Part shown: positions 1-11,055 of the stretch, piece after piece
Layout of the letters: each line of letters begins with the position of its first letter
Numbering within the stretch: position 1 is the first letter of the stretch
DNA from: Octopus vulgaris
Lineage: Eukaryota
Assembly: GCA_951406725.2 (NCBI GenBank)
Contig: OX597841.1
Location: forward strand, 22,878,001-22,942,000
Length of the DNA stretch: 64,000 nt
Direction: 5' to 3'
The notes under the pieces: model-generated
Database searches by the model: none
Seen by the model: only the letters and a program-made list of their open reading frames with translations
What the model was told of the DNA's origin: nothing
Program-made: the position numbers and the translations under genes

Positions 1-1155
1 TTCCCAGACCCCAGTTGAACCGTCCAACCCATGCTAGCATGGAAAGCGGACGTTAAACGATGATGAAGGCGTTAGGAAGGGCATCCAGCGGTAGAAACAC
101 TGCCAGATCAGACTGGAGCCTGGTGCAGCCTTCTGGCTTCCCAGACCCCAGTTGAACCGTCCAACCCATGCTAGCATGGAAAGCGGACGTTAAACGATGA
201 TGAAGGCGTTAGGAAGGGCATCCAGCGGTAGAAACACTGCCAGATCAGACTGGAGCCTGGTGCAGCCTTCTGGCTTCCCAGACCCCAGTTGAACCGTCCA
301 ACCCATGCTAGCATGGAAAGCGGACGTTAAACGATGATGAAGGCGTTAGGAAGGGCATCCAGCGGTAGAAACACTGCCAGATCAGACTGGAGGCTGGTGC
401 AGCCTTCTGGCTTCCCAGACCCCAGTTGAACCGTCCAACCCATGCTAGCATGGAAAGCGGACGTTAAACGATGATGAAGGCGTTAGGAAGGGCATCAAGC
501 TGTAGAAACACTGCCAGATCAAGACTGGAGCCTGGTGCAGCCTCCTGGCTTCCCAGACCCCAGTTGAACCGTCCAACCCATGCTAGCATGGAAAGCGGAC
601 GTTAAACGATGATGAAGGCGTTAGGAAGGGCATCCAGCGGTAGAAACTCTGCCAGATCAGACTGGAGCCTGGTGCAGCCTCCTGGCTTCCCAGACCCCAG
701 TTGAACCGTCCAACCCATGCTAGCATGGAAAGCGGACGTTAAACGATGAAGGTGTTAGGAAGGGCATCCAGCGGTAGAAACACTGCCAGATCAGACTGGA
801 GCCTGGTGCAGCCTTCTGGCTTCCCAGACCCCAGTTGAACCGTCCAACCCATGCTAGCATGGAAAGCGGACGTTAAACGATGAAGGTGTTAGGAAGGGCA
901 TCCAGCGGTAGAAACACTGCCAGATCAGACTGGAGCCTGGTGCAGCCTCCTGGCTTCCCAGACCCCAGTTGAACCGTCCAACCCATGCTAGCATGGAAAG
1001 CGGACGTTAAACGATGAAGGTGTTAGGAAGGGCATCCAGCGGTAGAAACACTGCCAGATCAGACTGGAGCCTGGTGCAGCCTTCTGGCTTCCCAGACCCC
1101 AGTTGAACCGTCCAACCCATGCCAGCATGGAAGGCGGATGCTAAATGATGATGAT
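1..1155 (+). repeat. Tandem array of about 8 copies of a ~134-138 bp unit derived from the 3' end of a retroposon with a (GAT)n tail
   Basis: TTCCCAGACCCCAGTTGAACC recurs at 1, 138, 275 and onward. The same sequence ends dispersed elements at ~3600-3745, 24480-24617 and 26020-26155. Confidence 0.9.
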
Positions 1156-1518
1156 AAAGCTGCAATGCAATCTCCTAATGTAGCAACCTTGTTGGCATGA
1201 ATGTCTTTGTAGCGTAAACCATTTTTCTGCAGGTACTTGGTAACACCATCATCATCATCATCGTTTAACATCCGCTTTCCATGCTAGGTAATATCTGCAA
1301 GACGAGCACTGGAAGGCTACCACACCAACCCTTGTGAAAGCAGTGACCCATATACGGGAGAATCCAGTGCAGCATACCAAAGAGGACATCAAGCAAAACA
1401 AACTGAGGAAGATATGAATTCACAGCACCTTGACCTCAAGCATGCTAAGGTCAGCACCGTGGTTTTTAAAGCAAGGAGTAACATAAGCACCAGAGCCTGC
1501 CATCCAGCAACATCCACA

Positions 1519-1760
1519 GTGGAGGCGTAATGGCCCAATGGTTAGGGCAGCAGACTCGCTGTCGGAGGATCGCAGTTTCGATTCCCAGACCGGTGTGTGT
1601 TTATTGAGCGAATACACCTAAAGCTCCACGAGGCTCCGGCAGGGAGTGGTGGCGACCCCTGTTGTACTCTTTCGCTCCAACTTTCTCTCACTCTTTCTTC
1701 CTGTTTCTTGTCCCCGACTTCCTGCGCAACCACTAAGCCTGGATGCGCATTCATCCATCC
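1519..1760 (+). mobile_element. tRNA-derived SINE, family B, partial
   Basis: Head GTGGAGGCGTAATGGCCCAATGGTTAGGG with a B-box-like GTTTCGATTCCC; matches the copies at 4606-4988 and 24985-25370. Confidence 0.75.
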
Positions 1761-2091
1761 GTCGGTGTCGGGGGTTGACCTGCTTTCTCTTCTACAGGTC
1801 TTATGAATAGCAAAGGATCACGTTTCGGACTTCTCCCATCTTGCGAGCTCTGGGTTGAAGACCGTTCACTCAACAGCAACAGTAGCACCCACAGCAGCGT
1901 ATTGGTTGAGAGGACAGATCCACCTCCAGTCACAAGCTACGGATTTTACTTACTAATGTTAACCATTGCAAACATCAGAAAATATTCTATCTGTATCAAG
2001 ATGTGGGAGCCTATACTGAAGTTTAAGTTATCTACCATTGGATGTTTCAGTCATTAGACTACAGCCATGCTGGAGCACTGCCTTAAAGGGT

Positions 2092-2560
2092 TTTAAGTTA
2101 AGTTAATTTTTTGGCTCAAAAAGCAAGGCCATGTAGGGGGACATGGAGTTATGTACAGGGTGGTGTTCATGCAAAGAGTTCAGGCCATTTCTGGTCAAGA
2201 GATACTTTGAACCGAGCGGTCATTGGCATCTTCACTATGTCGTCCGGCAGCTTATTCCACGGATCCGCAACCCGGACGGAGAAAGCCCCTCTCCTTCGAT
2301 TGAGATGAAATCGTCGCAGATGGAGCTTTTCGGAGTGAACCCCGCAGCCGACGCTCTGGAGCAGGAGTGAAGAACAGCTCTTTCGAGAGGTTACACTTTC
2401 CACTTATGATGTTGTGCGCAAGAATGAGATCACCACGGCGGCGGCATTTTTCTAGAGAATAAAGGTCGAGCGTCTTCAGCCTTTCTTCATAAGACAAATG
2501 CATGAGACCAAGAACCATGCGGGTAGCCAGCTTCTGGACTCTTTCGAGATGATGTATGTC
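2092..2560 (-). mobile_element. CR1/L2-like LINE 3' fragment
   Basis: ORF 2252-2587 reads LERVQKLATRMV...SYEERLKTLDLYSLE..RRRGDLI, the typical CR1-group ORF2 C-terminus, and is followed by a (TAACT)n tail. Confidence 0.85.
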
Positions 2561-2707
2561 TTTTATGATTGAATGAATCAATTCCACTATTTATTTTTTC
2601 TTAAACTTGATACTAATTCTATTGGTCTTTGTGCGACAAGCAGTTAAGTTACAGGTATGGAAACAAACCACCACTGCTGAGTAGTGGCAAGAGACAAACA
2701 GATATAT

Positions 2708-3091
2708 ACTCTTACTTTTTTACTTGTTTCAGTCATGTGACTGTGGCCATGCTGGAGCACCGCCTTTAATCGAGCAACTCGACCCCGGGACTTATTCTTT
2801 TGTAAGCCCAGTACTTATTCTATCGGTCTCTTTTTTGCCGAACCATTAAGTGACAGGGACATAAACACACCAGCATCGGTTGTCAAGCGATGTTGGGTGG
2901 GACAAACATGCACATACATATATATATACGATGGGCTTCTTTCAGTTTCCATCTACCAAATCCACTCACAAGGCTTTGGTCGGCCCAAGGCTATAGTAGA
3001 AGACACTTGCCCAAGGTGCCACGCAGTAGGACTGAACCCGGTACCATGTGGTTGGTAAGCAAGCTACTTACTACACAGCCACTCCTACGCC
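2708..3091 (-). mobile_element. tRNA-derived SINE, family A (CORE-like)
   Basis: Minus-strand head GGCGTAGGAGTGGCTGTGT, B-box GGGTTCAGTCC and CCTTGGGCAAGTG core-like motif; many copies in the window. Confidence 0.8.
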
Positions 3092-3551
3092 TATATATAT
3101 ACATATATATAATAATAATATTAGGGAGTATGGCTCCAAACTTAATTTATATTGTATTTATCATTCTTGTTATACTTTTTGGATAAAAAAATATATATAT
3201 AAAGCAAAACAAACAAAAAAGCAAATGTTTGAATGGGCTCTGTTTTGAAATACTTACTTGGTAAAGCTGATTTTGCTATCATGAGAAAGCTAACATCTGA
3301 ATAATTTTTATTTCTTAATGGATATTTGAATTTTAAGGATAAGTTCTTTGGATATGATATGTGTTGTGAATTTTTAAATCTGATTTAGTGATTATATTCA
3401 TTTAAGTGAGGGATAGCATCATGTTCTCTCTCAACATATAATAGTTTACTTCTTGACTCTGTGAACCCCACTTCTCTCTCTCTCTCTCATACACACACAC
3501 TCACATATATATATATATATATATATACGTAATATATATATATATATATAT

Positions 3552-3745
3552 GTGCAGGTGGCACGTAAAAAACACCCACTACACTCGCGGAGTGGTTGGC
3601 GTTAGGAAGGGCATCCAGCCGTAGAAACACTGCCAGATCTGACTGGGTCTGACGAAGCCTTCCAGCTTCACAGACCCCAGTTGACCCGTCCAACCCATGC
3701 TAGCATGGAAAACGGACGCTAAACGATGATGATGATGATGATGAT
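3552..3745 (+). mobile_element. Retroposon 3' fragment, family D, with (GAT)n tail
   Basis: Same sequence as the 1-1155 repeat unit, ending in (GAT)n. Confidence 0.75.
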
Positions 3746-3746
3746 A

Positions 3747-4134
3747 GGTGCAGGAGTGGCTGTGTGGTAAGTAGCTTGTTTACCAACCACATGGTTCCGG
3801 GTTCAGTCTTTCTGAATGGCACCTTGGGCAAGTGTCTTCTGCTATAGCCCCGGTCAAACCAAAGCCTTGTGAGTAGATTTGGTAGATGGAAACTGAAAAG
3901 AAGCCCATCGTATATATGTATATATATATATATATATGTGTGTGTTTGTCCCCCTAGCATTGCTTGACAACCGATACTGGTGTGTTTATGGCCCCGTTAC
4001 TTAGCGGTTCAGCAAAAGAGACCGATAGAATAAGTACTGAGCTTACAAAAGAATAAGTCCCGGGGTCGAGTTGCTCGATTAAAGGCGGTGCTCCAGCATG
4101 GCCGCAGCCATATAACTGAAACAAGTAAAAGAGT
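3747..4134 (+). mobile_element. SINE family A, full length
   Basis: Runs from GGTGCAGGAGTGGCTGTGTGG to GAAACAAGTAAAAGAGTA with an internal (TA)n tract. Confidence 0.8.
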
Positions 4135-4605
4135 ATATAGTATATTTATATTGTTATTTATGTTTTTGTTTATGTCTATCACTGTTTGAGTTGCCTAATA
4201 GTGGTTTTATCTCTAATTCATATTTTATGTATCTATATATATATATATATATAAATTTGATTAGAGATTGTGTTAACCTCATGAAGGGATGGTTTCATAC
4301 TGGTTCAATACCTAGTATTTTCGGGGAATGAATTTCCTTAAAATGATAGGTATATATATATAAAAGCATGTAATTTATATTCAGGTAAAAAGTGTAAACG
4401 CATATATATATTTACATACATGTATTGTGTGTGTGCACATGCATGTACATATATGTATATATACGTATATGAGTGGACATGTGTGGATGTATGTATGTGT
4501 ATTATATGCATGTTTCTGTGTGTATGTATATATATATATATATATATTTGTACATACAAAATTTAAAAGACTGACCACTAAAAGTGGACAGTCAACATGC
4601 TAGAT

Positions 4606-4988
4606 GGAAGCACTCCGTCGGTTACGACGACGAGGGTTCCGGTTGATCCGATCAATGAAACAGCCTGCTCGTGAAATTAACGTGTAAGTGGTTGAGCACT
4701 CCACAGACAAGTGTACCCTTAACGTAGTTCTCGGGGATATTCAGCGCGACACAGAGAGTGACAAGGCCGGCCCTTTGAAGTACAGGTACAACAGAAACAG
4801 GAAGTAAGAGTGAGAGAAAGTTGTGGTGAAAGAGCACAGCAGGGATCACACCATCCCCTGCCGGAGCCTCGTGAAGCTTTTAGGTGTTTTCGCTCAATAA
4901 ACACTCTCAACGCCCGGTCTGGGAATCGAAACCGCGATCCTACGACCGCGAGTCTGCTGCCCTAACCACTGGGCCATTGCGCCTCCAC
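4606..4988 (-). mobile_element. SINE family B, full length, with TSD
   Basis: tRNA-like head at the 4988 end; direct repeat CAACATGCTAGAT at 4593-4605 and 4989-5001. Confidence 0.85.
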
Positions 4989-5120
4989 CAACATGCTAGA
5001 TATAGACGTCAAATCGCTATTTTCCACAAAGAATATGTTCTCAAATAAAAAAACTCAGCACAAACCAAAGTATTAAAAATAAGAAAGACAAATGAAAATA
5101 TATGAAATAAAAACGATTAC

Positions 5121-5187
5121 CCATGTACCGATCAGTTTCGATTGTTAATATCCACGCATATGGATACCTGCAATCTCTTCAGCATAG
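5121..5187 (-). ncRNA. Type I hammerhead ribozyme motif (Penelope-like)
   Basis: Minus strand: CTATG-CTGAAGA-GATTG..TATCCA/TGGATA..CAATC-GAAA-CTGATCG-GTA-CATGG. The core is intact and stems I, II and III all pair. Confidence 0.75.
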
Positions 5188-5653
5188 TCTGTCATATAGA
5201 AATACAATTTGCAGGACTAGATACAAAACCGTTTGACCGGAGTCTCGTATGCATAGAGTCCAACCAATTATATTTTTATGTATCTTTCAAATGCCTTCAC
5301 TTTGGCGTGCTGAGATCGGAAATCTACCCAGCATCTAATAAGTAGCAGCAGTCAATTTATATATATATAAATTAGGAAAAAAACCACCTTTTATCAATTC
5401 AAAATGAACAATTAAATTACACCATCTAGAAAATTACATATAATAGAAATATTAAAATTAAAATAACAATAATATACCGATGATTAAGTAAATTGCAAAA
5501 TAATAATAAAAACGTGCTAATGATACTTCCAGTTCAGCGCCTTTGTCCAATAAATAATAACCAACAAATACTATAGTAGTAAGATTTTAAATTTATAAGA
5601 TTCTTTCCTAAAATATGATTTTTATTAAAATAAGATTTAAATTTACATATAAA

Positions 5654-6051
5654 TCTTTATATATAAAAGTGAAGTTGTGTGTCTGTCTCCTACGATTTAG
5701 ATTACTAACTACTCCCACATTTTGTGGTGCAGTGTAACTAAAAGCGGATATCTTATAGTCATGATTCATATCGAGCCCTTCTGGGTATTAGCGCGCGTCT
5801 ACGATGAGTCTACGATTAAAAAAAAAATTTACCATCATTTTTTCCTATTTTTAATGCATTTTTGGGCTATTATATAAAGGAAGTAACTCTCTAAAAATGT
5901 ATTATTAAATCTCAGAACGTAAAAAGCTACAGTAACACCCCCCCCCTTTGTGGTTAGCCATATTGAGATGGCTATTATACTTTACATCTCTAAAAATGCT
6001 TATATAGTTATTTCCCTTACAAACCCGAGCAACGCCGGGCGATACTGCTAG
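5654..6051 (+). mobile_element. Non-autonomous Helitron
   Basis: 5' TC start, subterminal hairpin CCCG..CGGG and 3' CTAG end, inserted between A and T. An empty site is visible in the duplicated segment at ~7170-7190. Confidence 0.8.
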
Positions 6052-6779
6052 TTTTATAATAAATTTTGGTGATAAGATCAAACACGAATTTATCAATGAT
6101 TTCGTCTTTTGGTGAAACTTAAGAATTGACTCAGAGAAAATGGTAAAATTTCTCAAATAAATTCTTCACTTTATTAATGTTTTAATTAGGGAATAGTTTT
6201 GAAAGATGGTGAGCTAGTAGAATCGTTAGCACATCGGGTAAAAATACTTAGCCACATTTCTTTTGGCTTTTTACATTCTAAAAAACACCTTTTGGGTGTT
6301 GGGCCTCACAGACTCAATGACAAATGACCAAGACCTTTGGCAATATGCTGTGTATGTGAAGACTTACCAAGCCAAGTGAAATTGTAGTCATGACCGATAC
6401 TGGTATCACACAGCTGGCATGTAAAAGCACCCATGACACTCTCTGATGAATTCTGCATTAGGAAGGGCATCCAGTCGTAGAAACCATGCCAAATCAGATT
6501 GGAACCTGGTGCAGCCCCTCAGCTTACCAGCCCTGGTCAAACCATCCAACCCATGCCAGCATGGATAAGCCGTTCAAGAATTTGGACCTGGAGATCTCCA
6601 TTTCCAGCGACTTCGAGGGCCACGTCCCAGTGGTTTCGGGCGTCAACGAAGAGCCCTCGACTACAACAAGATGACCAAAGTTTTTTGGGTTTTTTTCCAA
6701 AGTCTGGGGTCTCCCGCCCCTAAGCCCTAGACCATCACCTAATCAACCTTACCCATCTTGTTGCTTAACAACAACAGCA

Positions 6780-7390
6780 TGGATAATAGACATGAAATGA
6801 TGAGGATGATGTTGGTATGTTTACAGTGCTGAAACAATTTTGCAATTAGTAATTTTCACCGTCCAATAAATATTACAGGAGCAGTTGTAAGATTTTTAAT
6901 TTAAAATTTATAAAATTTTTTCCTAAAATATGATTTTTATTAAATTAAGATTTAAATTTACATATCAATTGGATAATGGACATGAAATGATGAGGATGAG
7001 GATGATGTTGGTATGTTTACAGTGCTGAAACAATTTTGCAATTAGTAATTTTCACTGTCCAATAAATAATAACCAATAAATATTACAGGAGCAGTTGTAA
7101 GATTTTTAATTTAAAATTTATAAAATTTTTTCCTAAAATATGATTTTTATTAAAATAAGATTTAAATTTACATATAAACTTTATAACAAATTTTGGTGAT
7201 AAGATCAAAGATGAATTTCTCAATGATTTCTTCTTTTGGTGAAACTTAAGAATTCCCATAAGTGGTAAAATTTCTCAAATGAATTTTGCACTTAATTAAA
7301 GTTTTAATTAGTGAACAGTTTTGAAAGATTTTGAGCTGGCAAAAATTGTTAGTACATTGGAGAAAAATACTTAGTCATATTTCTCCTGAG
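6780..7390. repeat. Local duplications: a ~190 bp tandem pair plus a copy of 5545-6260
   Basis: TGGATAAT..ACATGAAATGATGAGG recurs at 6780 and 6970; 7057-7385 resembles 5545-5653 joined to 6052-6260. Confidence 0.75.
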
Positions 7391-8196
7391 TTCAAATTCT
7401 GCTGATGGGGACTTTGCCTTCTATCCTTTTGGGATCGATAAAATAAAGTACCGTCAAGTACTGGGGTTTATGTAATCAACTTTCAACTTGCCGCCACCCT
7501 TCAAAATTGCTGGCTTTGTGCCAAAATTAGAAAGGATTATTAAATTCTTTTGTCCTTCAACATAATCTGGGAAGCTTAAAGAAGGTGGTCATGCGTGTAT
7601 ATACATATATATTTCTTTACTACCCACAAGGGGCTAAACATAGAGGGGACAAACAAGGACAGACAAAGGGATTAAGTCGATTACATCGACCCCAGTGCGT
7701 AACTAACATCAGTTTTCCATGCTTGCATGGCTCAAACTGTTTGACAGAACTGGTAAGCCATGGAGCAGCACCAGGTTCCAATCTGATTTGGCATGGTCGC
7801 CATGGATGGATGCCCTTCCTAATGCCAGCCACTCCAAGACTGTAGCAGGTGTTTTTTTATGTATCACCAGCATTAGCCACAACTCACTTGGCTTGACAGG
7901 TCTTGAGGCTGCATGGCCTAGTGGTTAGAGTTTTGCATTCAGAACTGCATGATCGTGGTTTCAATTCCTCCAACAAGTGGTATGTTTGGTTTTTGAGCAA
8001 AACACTTCATCTCAAGTTGTTCTATAATCACATCAAGACCTGACATGTGGTACACCATGCACCTCATCTTGCAATGCCAATTTGATGGATGGAATGAGCT
8101 TATGCACAGCGAATATATTGGATCAGTGTAAACAAGGTATTTGAGCAGGTTGTTTGGCAAGAAACTGCAGAACCGTCTTTCTTGGACTACAACAGG

Positions 8197-8228
<32 letters not shown>

Positions 8229-8413
8229 TACAAAATTAGGAAATGGAGAAACATACTTAAATCAATAAAACATCAACTATCAGATGATACCCAATCAATA
8301 CTTTATTACACCATTACATATCAGTAAAGGCATTATACAAAATATACAGTAAATGTAAATAGACAAAGAGATATAAGTATAAAATTTCAAATATAATATG
8401 TAATTAAATCATA

Positions 8414-8523
8414 TCTGACAGCTGTTTCGGCAGCAAGGGCAGTCATACCTCATTTAACCTATAAGCCATAAAGGCAGGTATAAATGAGGCATTAACAAGG
8501 ATGCCCCACGGCCTCTTCAGAGA
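8414..8523 (-). ncRNA. Minimal hammerhead ribozyme motif with long stem II
   Basis: Minus strand: TCT-CTGAAGA-GGC...(ATGCCTCATTTA/TAAATGAGGTAT)...GCC-GAAA-CAGCT-GTC-AGA, within a segment bounded by (TA)n tracts. Confidence 0.75.
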
Positions 8524-8613
8524 ATTAAATTTGTTATATATATATATATATACGTACATTTGAATATATGTATATATATATGTACATTTGAATATATATA
8601 TGTATACATATAT

Positions 8614-8868
8614 GTGGAGGCACATGGCCTAGTGGTTAGAGCAGCAGACTCGCGGTCGAATCTTAGACCGGACGATGTGTGTGCTTATGAGCGAAGCACC
8701 TAAGCTCTACGCAGCTCCAGCAGAAGATAATGGTGAACTTCTGCTGACTCTTTCACCACAACTTTTGCTCTTTCCTCTTGCAACTCACCAGCGTCCTGTC
8801 CAGGTGGGGAACCTATACGCGAAGGAAACCGGCCCTATGAACCAGGCGTGGCTCAAGAAAGAACAAAC
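8614..8868 (+). mobile_element. SINE, family B-related subfamily
   Basis: Head GTGGAGGCACATGGCCTAGTGGTTAGAGCAG; similar to 15983-16280 and 60220-60450. Confidence 0.7.
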
Positions 8869-8884
8869 ATAGATATATATATAT

Positions 8885-9100
8885 ATTTCTTTATTGCCCA
8901 CAAGGGGCTAAACATAGACGGGACAAGCAAGGACAGACAAAGGGATTAAGTCGATTATATCGACCCCAGTGCGTAACTGGTACTTTATTTATCGACCCGG
9001 AAAGGATGAAAGGCAAAGTCGACCTCGGCAGAATTTGAACTCAGAACGCAGTGGCAGACGAAATACCGCTAAGCATTTCGCCCAGCGTGCTAACGTTTCT
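8885..9100 (-). mobile_element. SINE family C
   Basis: Minus strand has tRNA-like A and B boxes and a GCCTTTCATCCTTTC..GGTCGATAAA central domain, ending AAAGAAATA next to (TA)n. Confidence 0.75.
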
Positions 9101-9418
9101 GCACTCTGTTAGTTATGATGACAATTGTTCCAGTTGGTCCAATCAACGGAACAGCCTGCTTGTGAAATTAACATGCAAGTGGCTGAGTACTCCACAGACA
9201 CGTGTACCCTTAACATAGTTCTCAGGGAGGTCCAGTGTGATACAGAATATGACATGGTTGGCCTCTTTGAATTACAAGTACAACTCATTTTTGCCAGCTG
9301 AGTGCACTGGAGTAACATCAAATAAAGTGTCTTGCTCAGTCAAATGGTTTTTCTCTAAAACGATTTCTTTTGTAATAATAAATCTCTGAACGAGGTATAA
9401 ACAGTAACTGCATGACAA

Positions 9419-9575
9419 TGTGAGGTATACTTGCCATCTCAATATGGCTAACCACTAAGGGTGGGTGTTACTGAAGCATGTAGCCCCAGGAGAACGTCGT
9501 CTCCAGCTGGCTACAAGCTACAGTAACACCCACCCTTAGTGGTCAGCCATATTGAGATGGCAAGTATACCTCACA
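9419..9575. mobile_element. Small MITE with ~54 bp inverted arms
   Basis: TGTGAGGTATACTTGCCATCTCAATATGGCT..GTTACTG is mirrored at 9521-9575. Confidence 0.8.
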
Positions 9576-9772
9576 GATTTCTTTTGCGAATTACAAGATT
9601 TGGGTTCTGAGACAATATTTTACAACAAAAAGATTTTCACCTGATTGTAGATAAAAAGAGAATTCCACATACATTTCCAACAATTTCACAGTGAAACTTC
9701 TTTATCCAGTGTGTTTTTTATTATGAATTACAAAACGAGACATCAGTGAATGATTTCCTGATAAGGTTTTTT

Positions 9773-10235
9773 AGATCTTTTCCTTTTGAACGGCAGACAA
9801 TTTCTAGTTAACTAAACACTTTAAAACTTCGTATACTGGTAGAATGTGTCAAAATAAAGCATTTTTTTCTCTTGGCTTTCTTGAGAAAATTGTAATTTGT
9901 TTGTTTATAGTAGTTTAATTTTTCGAATTTTAACCAATCCTATGCTCTCTTTTGAGCTAAAATCATTTGCTGCGTCTAAAACTGAGACAACATCCTGTAA
10001 CTAACCCTAAACCTCCCCCTAACCTTAACCTTAAATTTTTTTTTTTTTTTTTCTTAATTGTTAATGCCGAAATGCTCGGATTTTCAGATGAAATATCTTA
10101 CAAACTATAGAATTTTCTCAATAAAACCAAGAGAAAAAGATGTTTTATAAACACATTCAACCAGTATACGAAGTTTAAAACTTTTTAGTTGCCTAGAAAT
10201 TATGTTACAAACTGCCGTTCAAAAGGAAAAGATCC
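9773..10235. mobile_element. MITE with long imperfect TIRs and an internal (TAACCC)-like tract
   Basis: GATCTTTTCCTTTTGAACGGCAG and CTGCCGTTCAAAAGGAAAAGATC are inverted; a related right half lies at ~26500-26688. Confidence 0.8.
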
Positions 10236-10314
10236 AGTTTCTCTCCAGCGTGGGCTATATTAGTGAATTGCAAGAATTGAAGTGTCGGAAAACGTTTTCC
10301 CTCCACATTAATAC

Positions 10315-11055
10315 TCAGTCAAACGGTTTCTCTCCAAAATGTATCTTTTTGTGCATCACAAGATTTGGATTCTGAGTGAAAGACTTGCCGCAAATATCAC
10401 AATGAAAGGGTCTTTCACCCGTGTGAGTACGATTGTGGATAACAAGACCAGAATTCCGTGTAAAAGATTTACCACATATTTCACAACGATAAGGTTTTTC
10501 GCCAGTGTGAAGTCTTCCATGTTTTTTCAATTCACCATTACTACTAAAAGATTTTCCGCATATTTCACAACGATATGGTTTTTCCCCCGTGTGAATCCGT
10601 TTATGCCTCGTTAAGTCACTGTTATTTACAAACGATTTACCGCAAATTTGACAAAAGTTGGGCCGTTCTCCCGTATGCATTCGCTTGTGGACCACAACGT
10701 TAGAATTACTAGAAAATGATTTACCGCAAATTTCACAGTGATATGGCTTTTCGCCCGTGTGGATTCGTTGATGTCGTTTTAAGTGATCGTTGGTGATAAA
10801 AGATTTCCCGCATATTTCACAACGATGAGGTTTATCCCCGCTATGTATCCGTTTGTGTTTTGTTAAATTACTGTTAGAAACAAAAAACTTCAAACATATT
10901 TCACAGTGAAACGGTTTTTCTCCGGTGTGAGTACGTCTGTGAATAACAAGATTTGATTTGTGAGTAAAAAACTTCCCGCAGATTTGACACTGGAGCACTT
11001 TTTCTCTAGTCTGTACTTTTTTGGGTCTGTTCAGATCACTATTTATAACAGACAT
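10315..11055 (-). CDS. C2H2 zinc-finger protein, 8 fingers, 246 aa (ZNF-A)
   Basis: Repeated CxxC-x12-HxxxH motifs with TGEKP linkers and an ATG start. Confidence 0.9.
   Translation of the reverse strand: MSVINSDLNRPKKVQTREKVLQCQICGKFFTHKSNLVIHRRTHTGEKPFHCEICLKFFVSNSNLTKHKRIHSGDKPHRCEICGKSFITNDHLKRHQRIHTGEKPYHCEICGKSFSSNSNVVVHKRMHTGERPNFCQICGKSFVNNSDLTRHKRIHTGEKPYRCEICGKSFSSNGELKKHGRLHTGEKPYRCEICGKSFTRNSGLVIHNRTHTGERPFHCDICGKSFTQNPNLVMHKKIHFGEKPFD

Noticed and set aside
1519-1595. tRNA genes at the SINE heads
   Set aside because: The tRNA-like heads run directly into repeated SINE bodies, some with TSDs, so they are not stand-alone tRNAs.
4275-4330. Possible additional hammerhead (minus strand CCGAAAA-stem-GAAAC)
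   Set aside because: The core deviates from CUGAnGA at two positions and stems I and III do not form; at best a decayed relic.
2890-4578. Short ORFs with YIYIY or HTHT runs and SINE-derived ORFs throughout the window
   Set aside because: They are translations of microsatellites and repeated SINE bodies.
9995-10035. TAACCC/TTAGGG tracts (also ~34975 and 51545-51690) as telomeres
   Set aside because: They are short, degenerate and internal to inverted-repeat transposons.
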